Positions 1 through 13,609 are shown, numbered from the whole stretch's first letter. The stretch: DNA of 63,621 nt, filler included, from Reclinomonas americana ATCC 50394 (GCA_048213135.1; 15 parts of 15 records of this genome joined end to end with filler, not necessarily neighbours in it), one strand, 5' to 3'. The notes: generated from the letters alone by a model not told the origin. Numbers and translations are program-made.

Positions 1-99
1 CCTTACCGTTACGTTACGTTCGTTACCGTTAACGTAACGAACGAACGAACGAACGTACGTACGTACGTACGTCGACGACGACGTACGTCGCGTCTCGTC

Positions 100-150
<51 letters not shown>

Positions 151-876
151 CCTCCCTCCCTCCCTCCCCCCTCCTCTCTCCCTCTCTCTCTCTCCAATCA
201 CACAACTCACCCACATGTGCACATTCCACGTCTGACAAACACACACAAGCGGTGAGAGCATGAACAGACAAGACAAGGAGAGGGACACAAAGACGCAACG
301 CATACACGCAAAGTGCTTGGCGTTCTCTCCATAATGAGTGCAATTTTTCCGACGAGACTGGACACGACTGACAGGATTTGTATGCAGATTTGTCGTGAAG
401 TTGCACTCGTCGTCCACAAGGGTCGACAAGCGTTCCAGAGGGGAGGGTCTGGGGCCAAAGATCGGTCACAAAAAAGAATGGATCTCGGTGACCCGGACCG
501 AAAAAGAATGGATCTTGGTCCCTGAAAAGAAAGGATCTCGCCCAGGAAGATTGGGTCTCTCAGCCGGAGCACAGTGCACGTGTTTTTAGATGCATCCAAA
601 CCGTTGCTGCGAATACGACAGCCAGTAGTAAATCGGTGTAGTTCTGTTCGCGGACGCTTGCAGAGACAACAACAAATTCATTCACCAACAAACAAGCACA
701 GCTGTCTTGATGACCAAATTCATGATCAACCGAATCCAAAACATCAACACAGACACCAATCTTGAGGCAGCAGCAGGTTCTTGCCAGAGACAGACTTTGC
801 ATCCCCCATCCCCCCTGTCTCTCACCCACCCCTTCCATTCGACAGCTCCACAAAGAAAAGAGCACATCAAGCACCA

Positions 877-1823
877 TTACTGCCCTTCCACCCTCAGCCT
901 CCCTTCCTCTCCTTCCCCCCTTTCCCCTTTCCCCCCTTGAATCCTCTCCGCCAACACCCTCACCCTCTCCACATCCAGATTGCCCACCTCCACCGCACTC
1001 TCCACCGGCATGCCCGCCTCGGCGTAGAACCGCAGCGTGCGCTCATCTCTGCACGCCCGCTCCACGCCCGTGCCCACGATAAAGTAGCGCACAAACGGCA
1101 GATAGTCGTCGACATTCTCCGCGGTCACGCCCGAGGCCAGCGCCAGCGGTGCACGCCCGCGCAGTGCCGCATGCAAGCGCCGCACGTCGTCCACACTGGC
1201 CGGCCGCCCCGTGCCCGGACCCGTGGTCGTCGGCACGTCGCACAAGTCGAGCGCCTGCTCGGCCAGCGCCTCCAGCTCGTCGTCGGTCTCCGGCATCTCC
1301 CTGCGCCCGCCCTTGTGAAAAAAGCCGGCGAACCACTGCACCGCCAGCTCGCGCACGCCACGCTGCAGCTCGACCATGTCCCGCATCACGCCGCTCGCGT
1401 CGACGCCACTGTCCGTCCACACACCATCGATGATGCGCTCACCGGCAGTGGTGATTTCCGACAGGGCTTTGAAGACAATCGGGACGGAACGTAAATAGTT
1501 TACGAGGATCAAGGCGTGCGGGAAGCGGTGGCGGACGGCGCGAGCGGCGCCGTTGACGGCCTCGGAGGGGACGTGGGCTTCGGCAGGGATGAGGGCGACT
1601 CCGTGGGCGTTGCCGTCGGCGAGGGCGAGGGTGGATTGGTGGAGGGCGCGGTCGATGAGGGCGCGGCTGTTTTCGGCGGTGGTGCGGGGAGGGGAGGAGG
1701 GGTCCATGTCGTCGTCGGTGATCATGTGGATGACGACGATGAGGGAGGAGCGGGGGTGGGGGGAGGGAAGGGAGGGGGAGGGGGGGAGGGGAGGGTGGGG
1801 AGGGCGAAGGTCGGTGCTGACAT
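877..1823 (-). CDS. BtpA/SgcQ-family TIM-barrel protein, intronless; probable homopolymer frameshift near the 5' end
   Basis: ORF 877..1725 extends upstream to IVVIHM. It contains DGVWTD, FAGFFHK, DVPTTTGPGTG and LALASGVTAENV...YFIVGTG, as recalled for BtpA/SgcQ. The likely ATG at 1823 is out of frame across the C-rich run at 1741-1805. Confidence 0.65.
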
Positions 1824-2165
1824 GATGAGGGTGGAAGTGAGAAGGACGACTGTGAAGGACAACTCGCGCGAAGCTCGCTCACAAATCAACAACAAAGGTT
1901 CCTGTTTTGATGTCCACGTTCATCGATATCCAGATGGGTACAAGAGCATGAGCGCCACATTGAAGTCAGCGGAGGGGTTTCTTTGACCAGATTGGAGCAA
2001 GTGCTCCATTTTGCGAGGCTGAAGCACTCGCTGCGCTCATTGTCAATCGCATTCAGCCTCGTTTTGTTTGTGTTCTACTGCGACCTGCTGTATCTGCTAT
2101 TGCTGCTGGGTAGCACGCGCAGGAACCAAACAACGCAATCCATATGAAAAAGACATCCTTCAATC

Positions 2166-5023
2166 TCAAAGTTCCAACGTTAACGTAAACTGCCCGCACA
2201 CCTCGCGCACTGAGCGCATCACATCGAGCACCTCCTGCGCCGTTGGTCTCTTCGATTGCATGCTCATGCAGCGCATGCCGAGCTCGAACATTGGTTCGGC
2301 GATGCGCGGTGTCCACTCTGCTCCACCGTCCACCAACTCCATTACGCGCAACGAGGCAGTTGAGTCGTCCCACTCCACAGACCAGTCCACCACTGTGGCC
2401 ACGGGCTTGGCGGTGACCAGCTGCACCAGCACCACTCCCATGCTGTACACGTCGTGTTTGGGTTGTGGACGACGCACACGCATCGCCATAGGGTCCATGT
2501 AGTCCAGCGTGCCGGCGGCAGTCGTGGTCTGCGTAATGCGAGACAGTGAGAGAACGTGGAAGAGAGAAGGAGAAGGAACCCATCTAACCTTGCCTTCTGC
2601 AATCGACCGCGCGATGCCAAAGTCACCGAGACATGGCTCCAGTCGGTGATCGAGAAGCACATTGGAGGGCTTGATGTCGCGGTGTACCACCTCGTTCTGC
2701 GAGGAGGGGTGAGTGATGCGAGAAATAAGCACAAACACAACAGCGAAAATGGAGAAAGTGAGAGAGACTTGGAGACACAAGGAGGGAGGAGAGAAAAAGG
2801 GCAAGAACAGATACTCAGAGAGAGAGAGAGAACACGTGAGAGTGGGAGAGACAAGAACAGCGGAAGAGTGACGAGGAGAGAAGAGGGAGAGAGCGCAGAA
2901 CAGAGTGCTCGGGTGACAAAGAGAGGGTGAATGGGAGATGGAGGATGATATCAACATCGCAACACAAACCTTGTGCAAGAACACCACAGCCTCGGCCAGT
3001 CCGAGACCAATCTGCACACGCTGCACGACAGAGAGTGGTGCGCGACCGGCGCGGGGCAGCAGCAACAGATCCTCCAAGTTGGGAACTCTGTGTGCTCTTA
3101 CAGTGAGGAGATGAATGGAGAAGAGGGGGAAGGAGAGATGGACACGCACTGCAGGGCCTTGTATACGAGACAGCGTGCCTTGTCGTCGCCCACCGAGTAG
3201 CCGACAAGAGGCACAATGCGACGATCGCGCAGGCGACCGAGGGTGGCAACCTGCGAGGATGGGAAGGAAGGATGAGGAGAAAGAAGAAACAGGAGAGGGA
3301 GAGAGACACAGACCTCACTCTCAAATGACTCCACTGTCCACAGTGCCTCGGGATCGAGCACCTTGATGGCCACGTGCATCTCGCGGAGGATGGAGATATA
3401 CACGGCACCCTGGCCACCCTCGCCGACCTTGAGGCGTGGAGAGAATGTGTTGGTGGCGTGCACGATCTCGGGCCACTCGAAGCGCTGCACGGCGGTGTCG
3501 ACTGTAGAATGAGGTGGTGGGAAGTAAGAGATGAGTGAGAATGAAGGAGACAGAAACACGGAACAAAAGAACCAAAAAAGGAGGCAAGAGACTGACCTTG
3601 GGTGAGGAGGAGATCCTGTCGCAACTGAGAGATGAGTTGATTGTTTTCTTGCAGCTGCGCAGTGAGATCCTCCTTGTCACGCAGAGCCGCAGTTAGCTGG
3701 GCCTGAAGTTGGCCATGAGCTTGCTGCCATTCAATTACCGCTTGCTGCAGATGGGCGTTCTTCTGCTGCTCGCTGGCATGAGCTTGTTGCCACTGAGAGT
3801 TAACTTGGAGAAGCTGGGCATTGCCTTGTTGAAGCTCCGTGTTAGCTTGCTGCAGTTGGGCGCTCTTCTGCTGCTCCTCGGCCTTGCCATGCTGCAGCTC
3901 TGCATTGGCTCGTTGCAACTGGGAATTTTTCTGCAGCTCATCGGCATTGGCTCGCCGCAGCTGGGCGACGACGTCCTCGTATTCACGACGCTGCCGATCC
4001 CACTCCCGCAGCTGCTGCTCCCGCTCCTGCTGCGCAGCGGCAAGATCGCGCTGGAGTCGGGCGAGGAGTGCGTCTTTGTCGACGAGCTGGCGTGCCATGG
4101 CGGAATCGCCACCAGCCACCTGTACAGCAAGTCGATGTGGCACGAAAGTGCGATGGATCATGGAAAATATTCGAAAATTGAGTGGAACGAACAACAGATG
4201 CAAAGAGTGGGACTCTCTATCTCACCTGGCGAGCTGCTACTACCACAGAATGACACACAAAGACAGAGAAGCGTGGAGCGTGAGCACGAATGACATGAAT
4301 CACAAACACGCCAACAGATCATACCTGCAGGTGTAGATAATCGCGGCTGTGGCTGCAGTTGCTGTCGGCGTGAAGGCGCTTGTTGCCCCGCAGCAAGGTA
4401 ATCGAGCAAATCGGCCACTTGCTGCTTCTTGTTATCGCGCGCCAGCTGAGCCGCCGTCTTGCCCATCTTATTGACCACGGGAATTAGGTCGGGGAAGCGA
4501 GTGGCGAGGAGTCGCACAATTGCTTCGCGGTCATTCATGGCTGCAAAGTGTAGTGCAGTGGACTGTGCATAGAAGTCACCGTCATTGGTGACCGCCCGCA
4601 CCATCTCCGGCGGACATCGTCGCTCATCGTCAAGCAGCCATTCGACCACTGGCAGATGTCCGCCATAGGCAGCCGTCATCAGTGGCGTCGCGCCATAGTC
4701 TGTGACCAACTGAGCGAGTTGTGGCCCAATACCACTCTTCGCCCACAAATACTCCAACATAGGAAGATTGCCACGGTGCGCGGCACAATGAAAGGCCGAT
4801 TTGCCGTTCCCATCCATCTCCTCTCTCTTCAGCAAAGTCTGCGCGCCCTCACGCGCCACCAACTTGCGCAGTGCCTGCACATCGTCGTACAATGCCATCT
4901 CATATGCTGCCTTTCGAGGAGCGCTGTAAAGCCACGAACACATACAACACACATAAAGCAGAAGCGGAAGTGAGTGGCAGAGAGCACTGCCACCAACGAT
5001 GCAACCGTCATAACACACCTCAT
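2166..5023 (-). CDS. Ankyrin repeat / coiled-coil / IRAK-Pelle-RLK-type Ser/Thr kinase, copy 1 (9 exons)
   Basis: Exons: ATGAG, ANK exon (SAFHCAA, TPLMTAA, TALHFAA), 14-nt micro-exon 4226-4239, Q-rich coiled coil, then five kinase exons. Kinase motifs GEGGQG, VAIK, CLVY, HRDIKPSN, DFG, GTLDYMDP, DVYSMG. All introns GT-AG and frame-consistent. Confidence 0.9.
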
Positions 5024-5325
5024 TTTCCGACAGCGACTCTCCCTCTCTCTCTCACACACACACGCACTTCGTTTTCTTGCTTGTCCTCTTTCACTGCCGG
5101 ACAGCGCATGTTTGCGACGTCGTTCTGCTGCCGTGACTCGACGGAGAGAACCTCATGTAGCTTGCACACAATCGCCCCTTGCTCGTTGATACTGGACTTG
5201 AGCCAGTTGCATGTCGGCCGCAAGCGACAAAGCTCCCACTTGGAAAACCGCGCGCGCCGGCGCCAATATATTAACAGTATGCTGAATCGCACCCACTGCA
5301 TGCGCACTCGCCGAGGGGGCTCACT

Positions 5326-6213
5326 TCATTTCCGTTGCTCCAGCGCACACGCCTTTCGCGCTGCACGCATCACATCGAGCATTTCCTGCGCGCGGTCGGT
5401 CATGGAATTGGATCGATCAGCAGACGCAGAGTGCAGCATTCTCGTTGTCTCACCTGGCGTGTTGACACTGCATCTTTGCATGGGTAGCACACAAGCACAC
5501 ACACAGCGGAGTGTGAGCACGAGCTACATTCATCACACAACAAGGCTGCAGAACAATACACGCACCTGCAGGTGGAGGTGATCGCGGTTGTTGCCATTCT
5601 TTACTTGGCGGCGGTGGCTGCACAGCGAGGCGCTCCAGCAACTCGGCCACCTGCAACTCCTCCTCGTCGCGTGCCCACTGAGTCGCCGTCTTTCCAGCCT
5701 TGTTGACCATTGGCACAAGATCGGAGAAGCGCGTGGCGAGGAGTCGCACAATGGAATCGTGGCCTTCTCGGGCCGCATAATGCAGCGCAGTGGACTGCGG
5801 ATAGGCGGAAATATCATGGGTGATCGCCCACACCATCTCCGCTGGACATCGTCGCTCATCGGCGAGCAACCACTCCACCACTCGCAGGCGCCCATTGGAG
5901 GCAGCTGTCATCAGTGGCGTCCAGCCATAGTTGTTGACCAATTGTGCGAGTTGTGGCCCCACGCGACTCTCCTCCCACAAATACACCAACACAGAGAGAT
6001 GACCAGTGTTTGCGGCGTGGTGAAATGCCGAGCCGCTACCAGCACTCATCTCCTCACTCTCCAGTAGAGTGTGTGCGCCACCAACTCGCGCAGTGCCTTC
6101 ACATCGCCCTCATCTGCCATCTCGTATGCTTTCTTCCGACTGACGAAGGAGACACAACAATGCATGTGAGTGATGGAACAAGCAGGCAGTGCAACCATCA
6201 CAGCACACCTCAT
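5326..6213 (-). pseudogene. Truncated ankyrin-kinase paralog, copy 2
   Basis: A 10-nt deletion near 6075 relative to copy 5 frameshifts the ANK exon. After the micro-exon the sequence jumps straight to a degraded kinase C-terminus (AQEMLDVMRAARKAC, ~5340-5400); the coiled coil and most of the kinase are absent. Confidence 0.8.
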
Positions 6214-6244
6214 TCTTTGATCGTGAGACTGAAGGAACAACAGC

Positions 6245-6281
<37 letters not shown>

Positions 6282-6500
6282 GATCGTCACTCGTTTTTCC
6301 GCGTGTCCTGTTTCATGGTGGACAGGCGACGTCGTGTTGTTGCCAGAACTTGCGAGAGCTCGGAAGGAAGGCTTAATCACACGGTACACAATCCTAACAA
6401 GGTGATTTGCAAGCTGCGAGCAGGCAGCAACCGTTTTCACCCGATGATCGCCTGACGCTGAATCGCCAGGCAGTGCTCTCGTCGTTACAAAGCCTTTACG

Positions 6501-9438
6501 TCATAGTTCTATCGTAAACTGTCCACACGCCTCCCTCAGTGCGCGCATCACATCGAGCACCTCCTGCGCTGTCGGTCGCTTCGGTTGCATGCTCATGCAG
6601 CGCATGCCGAGTTCAAACACGGGTTCGGCGATGCGCGGTGTCCACTCTGCTCCACGATCCGCCAGTTCCATTGGACGCAGCGAGGCTGGCGAGTCGTCCC
6701 ACTCCACGGACCAGTCCACGACGGTGGCCACGGGCTTGCCAGTGACCAGCTGCGCCAGCACTACACCCATGCTGTACACATCGTTCTTGGGTTGCGGGCG
6801 ACGTACTCGCATCGCCAGTGGGTCCATGTAGTCGAGCGTGCCGGCGGCGGTCGTGGTCTGTGAGATGAGGTGAGAGGGAGTGGGAAAGAGAGAGAGAAGA
6901 GGGGAAAATCAACACACCTTGCCATCAGCAATAGACCGCGCAATGCCAAAGTCACCAAGACATGGCTCGTAGCGGTGATCGAGAAGCACATTGGAGGGCT
7001 TAATGTCGCGATGCACCACCTCATTCTGCGAGGAGAGGTAAGAGAGGCGAGAACAAAGCGTAAAACACAACAAGACGGGAAAGAGAGCAGTGGGAATCAG
7101 AGAACCAGGAGTGACAAGAAACGCACAGAGTGACGAAGACAGAAGAGACTAATGAGCAACGTAAAGAGAGCAAGGGTGACCAAGAGAGAGAATGAGAGAG
7201 ACAGAAGAGTGGTAAAGTAGAAGCACGAGAGACAAGATAAAGTAGAAGCACGAGAGACAAGAACATCAGTAGAGTGACATGGAGAGAGAGCAGAGCGATG
7301 AACGCAAAGGCATAGCGAGGGTGAATGCAAGATGGAGGATGGTTTCCACATCGCACAAACCTTGTGCAAGAACACCACAGCCTCGGCCAGTCCGAGACCA
7401 ATCTGCACACGCTGCACGACAGAGAGTGGTGTCTGACCGGCGCGCGGCAGCAGCAACAGATCCTCCAGGTTGGGAACTCTGTGTGCATTCACAATAAGAC
7501 GATGATGGAGAAAAAGAGAGAGAGGTGCGGGGCACGCACTGCAGAGCCTTATACACGAGACAGCGTGCCTTGTCGTCGCCCACCGAGTAGCCGACAAGGG
7601 GGACGATGCGACGGTCGCGCAGGCGTCCGAGAGTGGCCACCTGTGAGATGTGGAGACGGATGAGGAGAAAGAGAAAGAGAGAAGAAACAAGAGAGGGAGA
7701 GACACAGACCTCACTCTCAAACGACTCCATGGTCCACGGTGCTTCGGGATCGAGCACCTTGATGGCCACGTGCATCTCGCGGAGGAGAGTGATGAACACG
7801 GCACCTTGACCGCCCTCGCCGACCTTGAGGCGGGGAGAGAATGAGTTGGTGGCTTGCACGATCTCCGGCCACTCGAAGCGCTGCACGGCGGTGTCGACTG
7901 TGGAACGAGAGGGAAGGGAGTGAGAAATGGGTGAGAATGAAGGACTCAGACCACAGACCTTGGGTGAGGAGGAGATCCTGTCGCAGCTGAGATACGAGTT
8001 GATTGCTTGCTTGCAGCTGCGCGGTGAGATCGTCCTTGTCACGCAGAGCCGCAGTCAGCTGATCCTGCAGTTGGCCATGAGCTTGCTGCAATTGGCCATG
8101 AGCTTGCTGCCATTCAACATTGGCTTGTTGCAATTGAGCATTCCTCTGCTGCTCACTGGCGTGAGCTTGTTGCCATTCCAAGTTGGCTTGCTGCAATTGC
8201 GCGATTTGATGTTGTCCGTCAGCATGAGCTCGCTGCCATTCACCAACCGCCTGCTGCAGTTGGGCGTTCTTTTGTTGCTCCTCGACCTTGGCTTGCTCAA
8301 CCTCCGCGTTGATCCGCTGCAACTGGGCAATTTTCTGCAGCTCTTCGGCCTTGTCTCCTTCGAGCTGTGCACTGGCTTGTTGCAGTTGGGCGACAATGTC
8401 CTCGTGTTCACGCCGCTGTCGATCCCACTCCCGCTGCTGCTCCACTCGCTCCTGCTGTGCTGCCGCAAGATCGCGTTGGAGTTGCGCAAGGAGTGTGTCC
8501 TTGTCGGCGAGCTGGCGCGCGACGGTGGGATCATCAACAGCCGACTGCAATTTACGAGAGTGCGAGGGAGACACGGAATGGATGTGAGAAGTGAGGTTCA
8601 CGAGCAACAAGAAGCAGAGAGTGGCACTCTCCTATCTCACCTGGCGTGCTGGTACTGCATCATATTCGCCAGAAACGACACACAATGGCAAACCACAGGT
8701 GGTGGAGCGTAAGCACGAACTCAACTTGCCAACAGACATAATCGAGATCATACCTGCAGGAGGCGGGGGTCGCGGCTGCTGTTGTTGCTGTTGTTGCTGT
8801 TGTTGGGGCAGTGGTACTGGTTGTGCAGCAAGGCGGTCGAGTAATACGGCCACTTGCTGCTTGCCACAGTCACGTGCCCATTGAGCCGCCGTCTGGCCCT
8901 CCTTGTTGACCATGGGAATGAGGTCGGGGAAGCGAGTGGCGAGGAGTCGCATAATGGCTTCGTGGCCTCGATAGGCAGCCCAGTGCAGAGCAGTGGACTG
9001 TGAATTGTTGTCACGATCATTGGTGACCGCCCGCACCATCTCAGGCGGACATCGTCGCTCATCGGCAAGCAACCACTCCACCACTTGCAGTTGCCCACTG
9101 TAGGCAGCAATCATCAGTGGCGTCAAGCCATAGTCGTTGACCATTTGTGCGAGTTCTGGCCCGACGCCACTCTCTTCCCACAAATACTCCAACACAGAGA
9201 GATGGCCTCCGAGAGCGGCACAGAGAAATGCCGAGCCGCCACTCCCAGTCATCTCCTCGCTTTTGAGCAGTGTCTCTGCTCCCTCACGCGCCACCAACTC
9301 GCGCAGTGCCTCCTCGTCGCCCTTCTCCGCCATCTCCCATGCTTTCTTCCGACGAGCACTGCCACCAAAGAGGCAAAAGCAGAAGCGCGAGTGAGAGTAA
9401 GAGAGAATGCCACCTGACAACATCACAGCAAACCTCAT
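6501..9438 (-). CDS. Ankyrin repeat / coiled-coil / IRAK-Pelle-RLK-type kinase, copy 3
   Basis: Same 9-exon structure as copy 1, micro-exon 8641-8654, intact HRDIKPSN, DFG and GTLDYMDP, ends QFTIEL*. Confidence 0.9.
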
Positions 9439-9585
9439 ATTCTTTGAGAGAAAACAACAGCAGCGTGCTCTCTCTCTCGCACACACACACTCGCCCTCAC
9501 TCTCTCCCTCTCTCTGCCTCGCGCACTTCCTTTTTTTCTTTCCAGCCAACAACGACAGGACACCCTTCTTCCTATCCTCGTCTTT

Positions 9586-10207
9586 TCACTGCCCACACTC
9601 CACATTCCTCCGCTTCTTCTCCGGCGCCTCTTCTGCCTCCGCACTCTCCGCCGCCCGCTTCTGCAAGCGGAACACACCAGAGCCGGGTGCTGCTGGTCTG
9701 CTCGACGTCGACGTTGCTGTTGCTGCTGTTGTGGAGGAGTAGGGAGGCGAGACAGTGGGCGTTATTCGTGGTGACGGGGTGGGTGCTGGGGAGACGGACT
9801 GGGAGCGTGCTTGTCGTGCGTGCTCCAGGCGGTGGGCGCGCACGGCGGCCGACATGTGGACGGATTGGTGGTGTGGCTTGCTGGCGGGTGGTGGTGGTGG
9901 AGGAGGAGGTGGTGGAGGTGGTGGAGGTGGTGGAGGTGNNNNNNNNNNNNNNNNNNNNNNNNNNNNNNNNNNNNNNNNNNNNTTAATTAATTAANNNNNN
10001 NNNNNNNNNNNNNNNNNNNNNNNNNNNNNNNNNNNNNNTCTCTCTCTCTCCCTCCCTTCTCCCCTTCCACCCCCCACCTCTCAAATGCGTTCTGATCACC
10101 CGCAAACACAGTTCCTCCAACTTCGGCACCGGTCCATTATCTCGTCTCCGCGCAGACTGCTCCGCAAGGATCTCAAACAGAGGCCGATGATCGCTCATGG
10201 TCGTCAT
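9586..10207 (-). CDS. Hypothetical protein with N-terminal BC-box-like motif (Elongin A/SOCS-like); middle lost in the gap
   Basis: First exon MTTMSDHRPLFE...VPKLEELCLRVIRTHL followed by a GT donor. A low-complexity C-terminal exon ending PEKKRRNVECGQ* lies across the gap; the linkage between the two is assumed. Confidence 0.35.
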
Positions 10208-10469
10208 GGTGACGTATGACAATTCGTTCACACAGGACACGCCGCAGGTGAAAAGAGACGGAGGAGACAGGGAGAGAGGTGAGTGGTGTGTGTGGTAGAT
10301 GATATGGCAACACAGTCCGTCGTTGTGAGCAGAAGAGCGCGACGTTGGTGAACGTCCGAACACGCAGGACACTCTAACGACTGTGCTGCGAGAAGGCAGT
10401 GCGTGTGTGTATTTAGGAGTGCTTAAAAGAGAGTGCTGCGGGCAGCTGCTGACAAGTATCTTGTCGCGA

Positions 10470-13236
10470 ATGAGGTGTGCTTTGTTGTTGTTGTCAGATA
10501 TGTGCGCTGCCTGACATTCTCGCACCTGTGGCTATCGTGTGCAGTGCACCTCCGTCACACGAGAGGAAGAAAGCATGGCAGATGGGGATTGCTGGCGATT
10601 TGGAGGCACTCCGCGAATTGGTGGCGCTTGAGGGCGCAGACATTCTGCTGCACAGTGAGGAGATGAGTGGCAGCATCTCGGCGTTTTCCACGGCCGCTTT
10701 CACGGGCCATCTCCCTGTGTTGGAGTATTTGTGGGAGGAGAGTGGAGTCGGGCCACAACTTGCACAGATGGTTGACGACAATGGCTGGACGGCACTTATG
10801 GTGGCATCTGATGGAGTAAGGCCGCAAGTGGTGGAGTGGCTGCTGGCCGATGAGCGACGGTGTCCGCCGGAGATGGTACGGGCGGTCAGTAAGGATGGTG
10901 ACTCTGCGCTGCATTACGCAGCAATGCACGGACACGAAGCTATTGTGCAACTCCTCGCCACGCGATTTCCCGACCTCATTCCCCTGGTCAATAAGAAGGG
11001 CAAGACGGCGGCGCAGTGGGCATGCGATCGAGGCAAGCAGCAAGTGGTTGAGTTGCTTGATCGTCTCGCTGCGCAGCCAGCGCCACTACTTCAACAACAA
11101 CAACAACAACAACAGCAACCACCGCGACCTCCTCCACCTGCAGGTTTAATCTCTTTGTTGGCATGTCGTGTGATTCGCCGTCTGTGCTCACACTTCACTG
11201 CATGCTTCTCCTTGTGTGTCACCTTTTGGAACACGAAGTGCCAGCACGCCAGGTGAAGCTGAGATGTGCCACTCTCTGTGTCAGTGTTGATCGTCCATCT
11301 CACTTGCTTCATGCGTTCCATGTTTCTTTCGCGTCGCATTATCTTCTGTGCAGGCGGCTGTTGATAATCCCGCCACATTGGCACTCCAGCTCGCCGAAAA
11401 GGACGCGCTCCTCACCCAACTCCAGCGTGATCTTACCGCAGCGCAGCACGAGCGAGTGGAGCAGCAGCGACAGTGGGACCGGCAGCGGCGAGAACTCGAA
11501 GACATTGTCGGTCAACTGCAGCAAGCCAACACGGCGCTGCAGCAAGGCAAGGCCGAGGAGCAGCAGAAGAATGCCCAACTGCAGCGAGCTGTCACGGAAT
11601 GGCAGCAAGCCCACGGCCAACTGCAGGATCAGCTGACTGCGGCTCTGCGTGACAAGGACGATCTTACCGCACTCGTCTCCCAGCTGCGTCAAGATCTCCT
11701 CCTCGCCCAAGGTCAGTCTCTTGTTCTCTCAGTTTCTTGATCAGTCTCGATGTTCTCTGACCTTCACTCTCACTCATTTCTCACTTTCCCATGACACACC
11801 TTCTACAGTCGACACCGCCGTGCAGCGCTTCGAGTGGCCCGAGATCATGCAAGCCACCGACTCATTCTCACCCCGTCTCAAGGTCGGCGAGGGTGGTCAG
11901 GGTGCCGTCTTCATCACCTTGCTTCGGGAGATGCATGTGGCCATCAAGGTGCTCGACCCCGATGCACCGTGGACGATGGAGTCGTTTGAGAGTGAGGTCT
12001 GTGTCTTTCTCCATCTCCTTTCCTTCTCCCTCTCTCTTTCTCTTTCTCCTCATCCGTCTCCACATCTCACAGGTGGCCACCCTCGGACGCCTGCGCGACC
12101 GTCGTATCGTGCCTCTTGTCGGCTACTCGGTGGGCGACGACAAGGCACGCTGTCTCGTGTACAAGGCTCTGCAGTGCGTGTCCATCTCTCTACCCTCTTC
12201 TCTTTCTCAATCATCATCTCACTGTGATAGCACACAGAGTTCCCAACCTGGAGGATCTATTGCTGCTGCCACGCGCCGGTCGTGCACCGCTCACCGTCGT
12301 GCAGCGTGTGCAAATTGGTCTCGGACTGGCCGAGGCTGTGGTGTTCTTGCACAAGGTATACTCGATGTCTCACTTCTTTTTCTCTTCCGTTAAAGGCACA
12401 ATTGCCCTCCTTGTGTTTGCACTCTTTCTCTCTTCTTTCCTTCTTATTTCTTATGTTGTTCTTTTCTCTTCTGTCTGTCGTGTTCTCCGCTTCCTCACTC
12501 GTCGCTCTCTTTCTCTCTCTCACACACTCATTCTTCCTGTTGCTAACCCTTGTTCTGTTATGTTGCGCTCATTACCTCTTCTCTCCTTGTCTATTTTTCG
12601 CTGTTGTTGTCTCTCAGTGTCTCTCTCATTCTCTCTTTCATCTTCTCCTTACTGTTATGTATGCTTGCTTGTTCCTCGCCTCACTCACGTCTCCTCGCAG
12701 AATAGTGTGGTGCACCGCGACATCAAGCCCGCCAACGTGCTCCTCGATCACCGTTTCGAGCCATGTCTCGGTGACTTTGGCATTGCGCGGTTGATTGCAG
12801 ATGGCAAGGTTTGTTGTGCTCCCTTCTCTCCCCTCTCTCTCCTCACGCCTGCTCACATTCTGTCATCTCGTAGACGACCACCGCCGCCGGCACGCTGGAC
12901 TACATGGACCCACTGGCGATGCGTGTGCGCCGTCCACATCCGGAGCACGACGTGTACAGCGTGGGCATTGTGCTGGTGCAGCTGGTCGCCGCCAAACCCG
13001 TGGCCACGGTGGTGGATTGGTCCGCGGCATGGGAACGGTCTGCTTCCTCGCTGCGCGTGATGGATTTGGTCGATCGTGGAGCTGAGTGGACTCAGCGCAT
13101 CGCCGAACCGATGTTCGAGCTCGGCATGCGGTGCATGAGCCTCCGACGCGATATCGATCGACCGACGGCGCAGGAGGTGCTCGACGTGATGCGTGCAGTG
13201 CGGGAGGCGTGTGGGCAGTTTACGATGGAACTTTGA
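10470..13236 (+). CDS. Ankyrin repeat / coiled-coil / IRAK-Pelle-RLK-type kinase, copy 4 (inverted orientation)
   Basis: Same exon structure, micro-exon 11239-11252, shorter coiled coil. Kinase has HRDIKPAN, DFG and GTLDYMDP, ends QFTMEL*. Confidence 0.9.
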
Positions 13237-13609
13237 AGCGAAACCTCTCGGGCAACACCGTGACTATACAGGGTAGACTATCATATCTTGATTCGAGCAG
13301 TTCTTTGGAAAGGATCAAGCGAAGAGGCCAATGAGCAGTCGGCAGTTTTCATCTCTCACGATCATGCAATTGTTTCGTAGAATCTGTTGCTCACTCACAT
13401 GCCATAAACCTGATTTGTTGTTTTCCTCATGTGTTCTGACACCGGTACCAACACCTCTTGCTATCTTTCTCATTTCCTTCGTGATATTCGGCGTCAAATC
13501 CATGCTTGTCATGAGCTATGGTTTCTCTTGCAGAAACGCCCTCATTGGCCATCTCGATTTTTCTCGCCTTTTTTCCGCGAAGTCTGAGTTTCTGGTGCTC
13601 ACTCAAAGA

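Noticed and set aside
1..100. Quasi-periodic, palindrome-rich ACGT sequence at the window start
   Set aside because: Bases cycle in pyrosequencing flow order next to a long (CT)n run, typical of low-quality 454 read ends; probably not biological.
207..599. 130-aa ORF with a weak F-box-like start and a duplicated RSILF peptide
   Set aside because: It starts at TTG with no clear ATG or exon support, and the similarity is too weak to call.
12170..12240. Possible non-canonical intron after KALQ in the kinase genes
   Set aside because: It resolves as canonical CA|GTGCGT...ACAG|A, giving LQVPNL.
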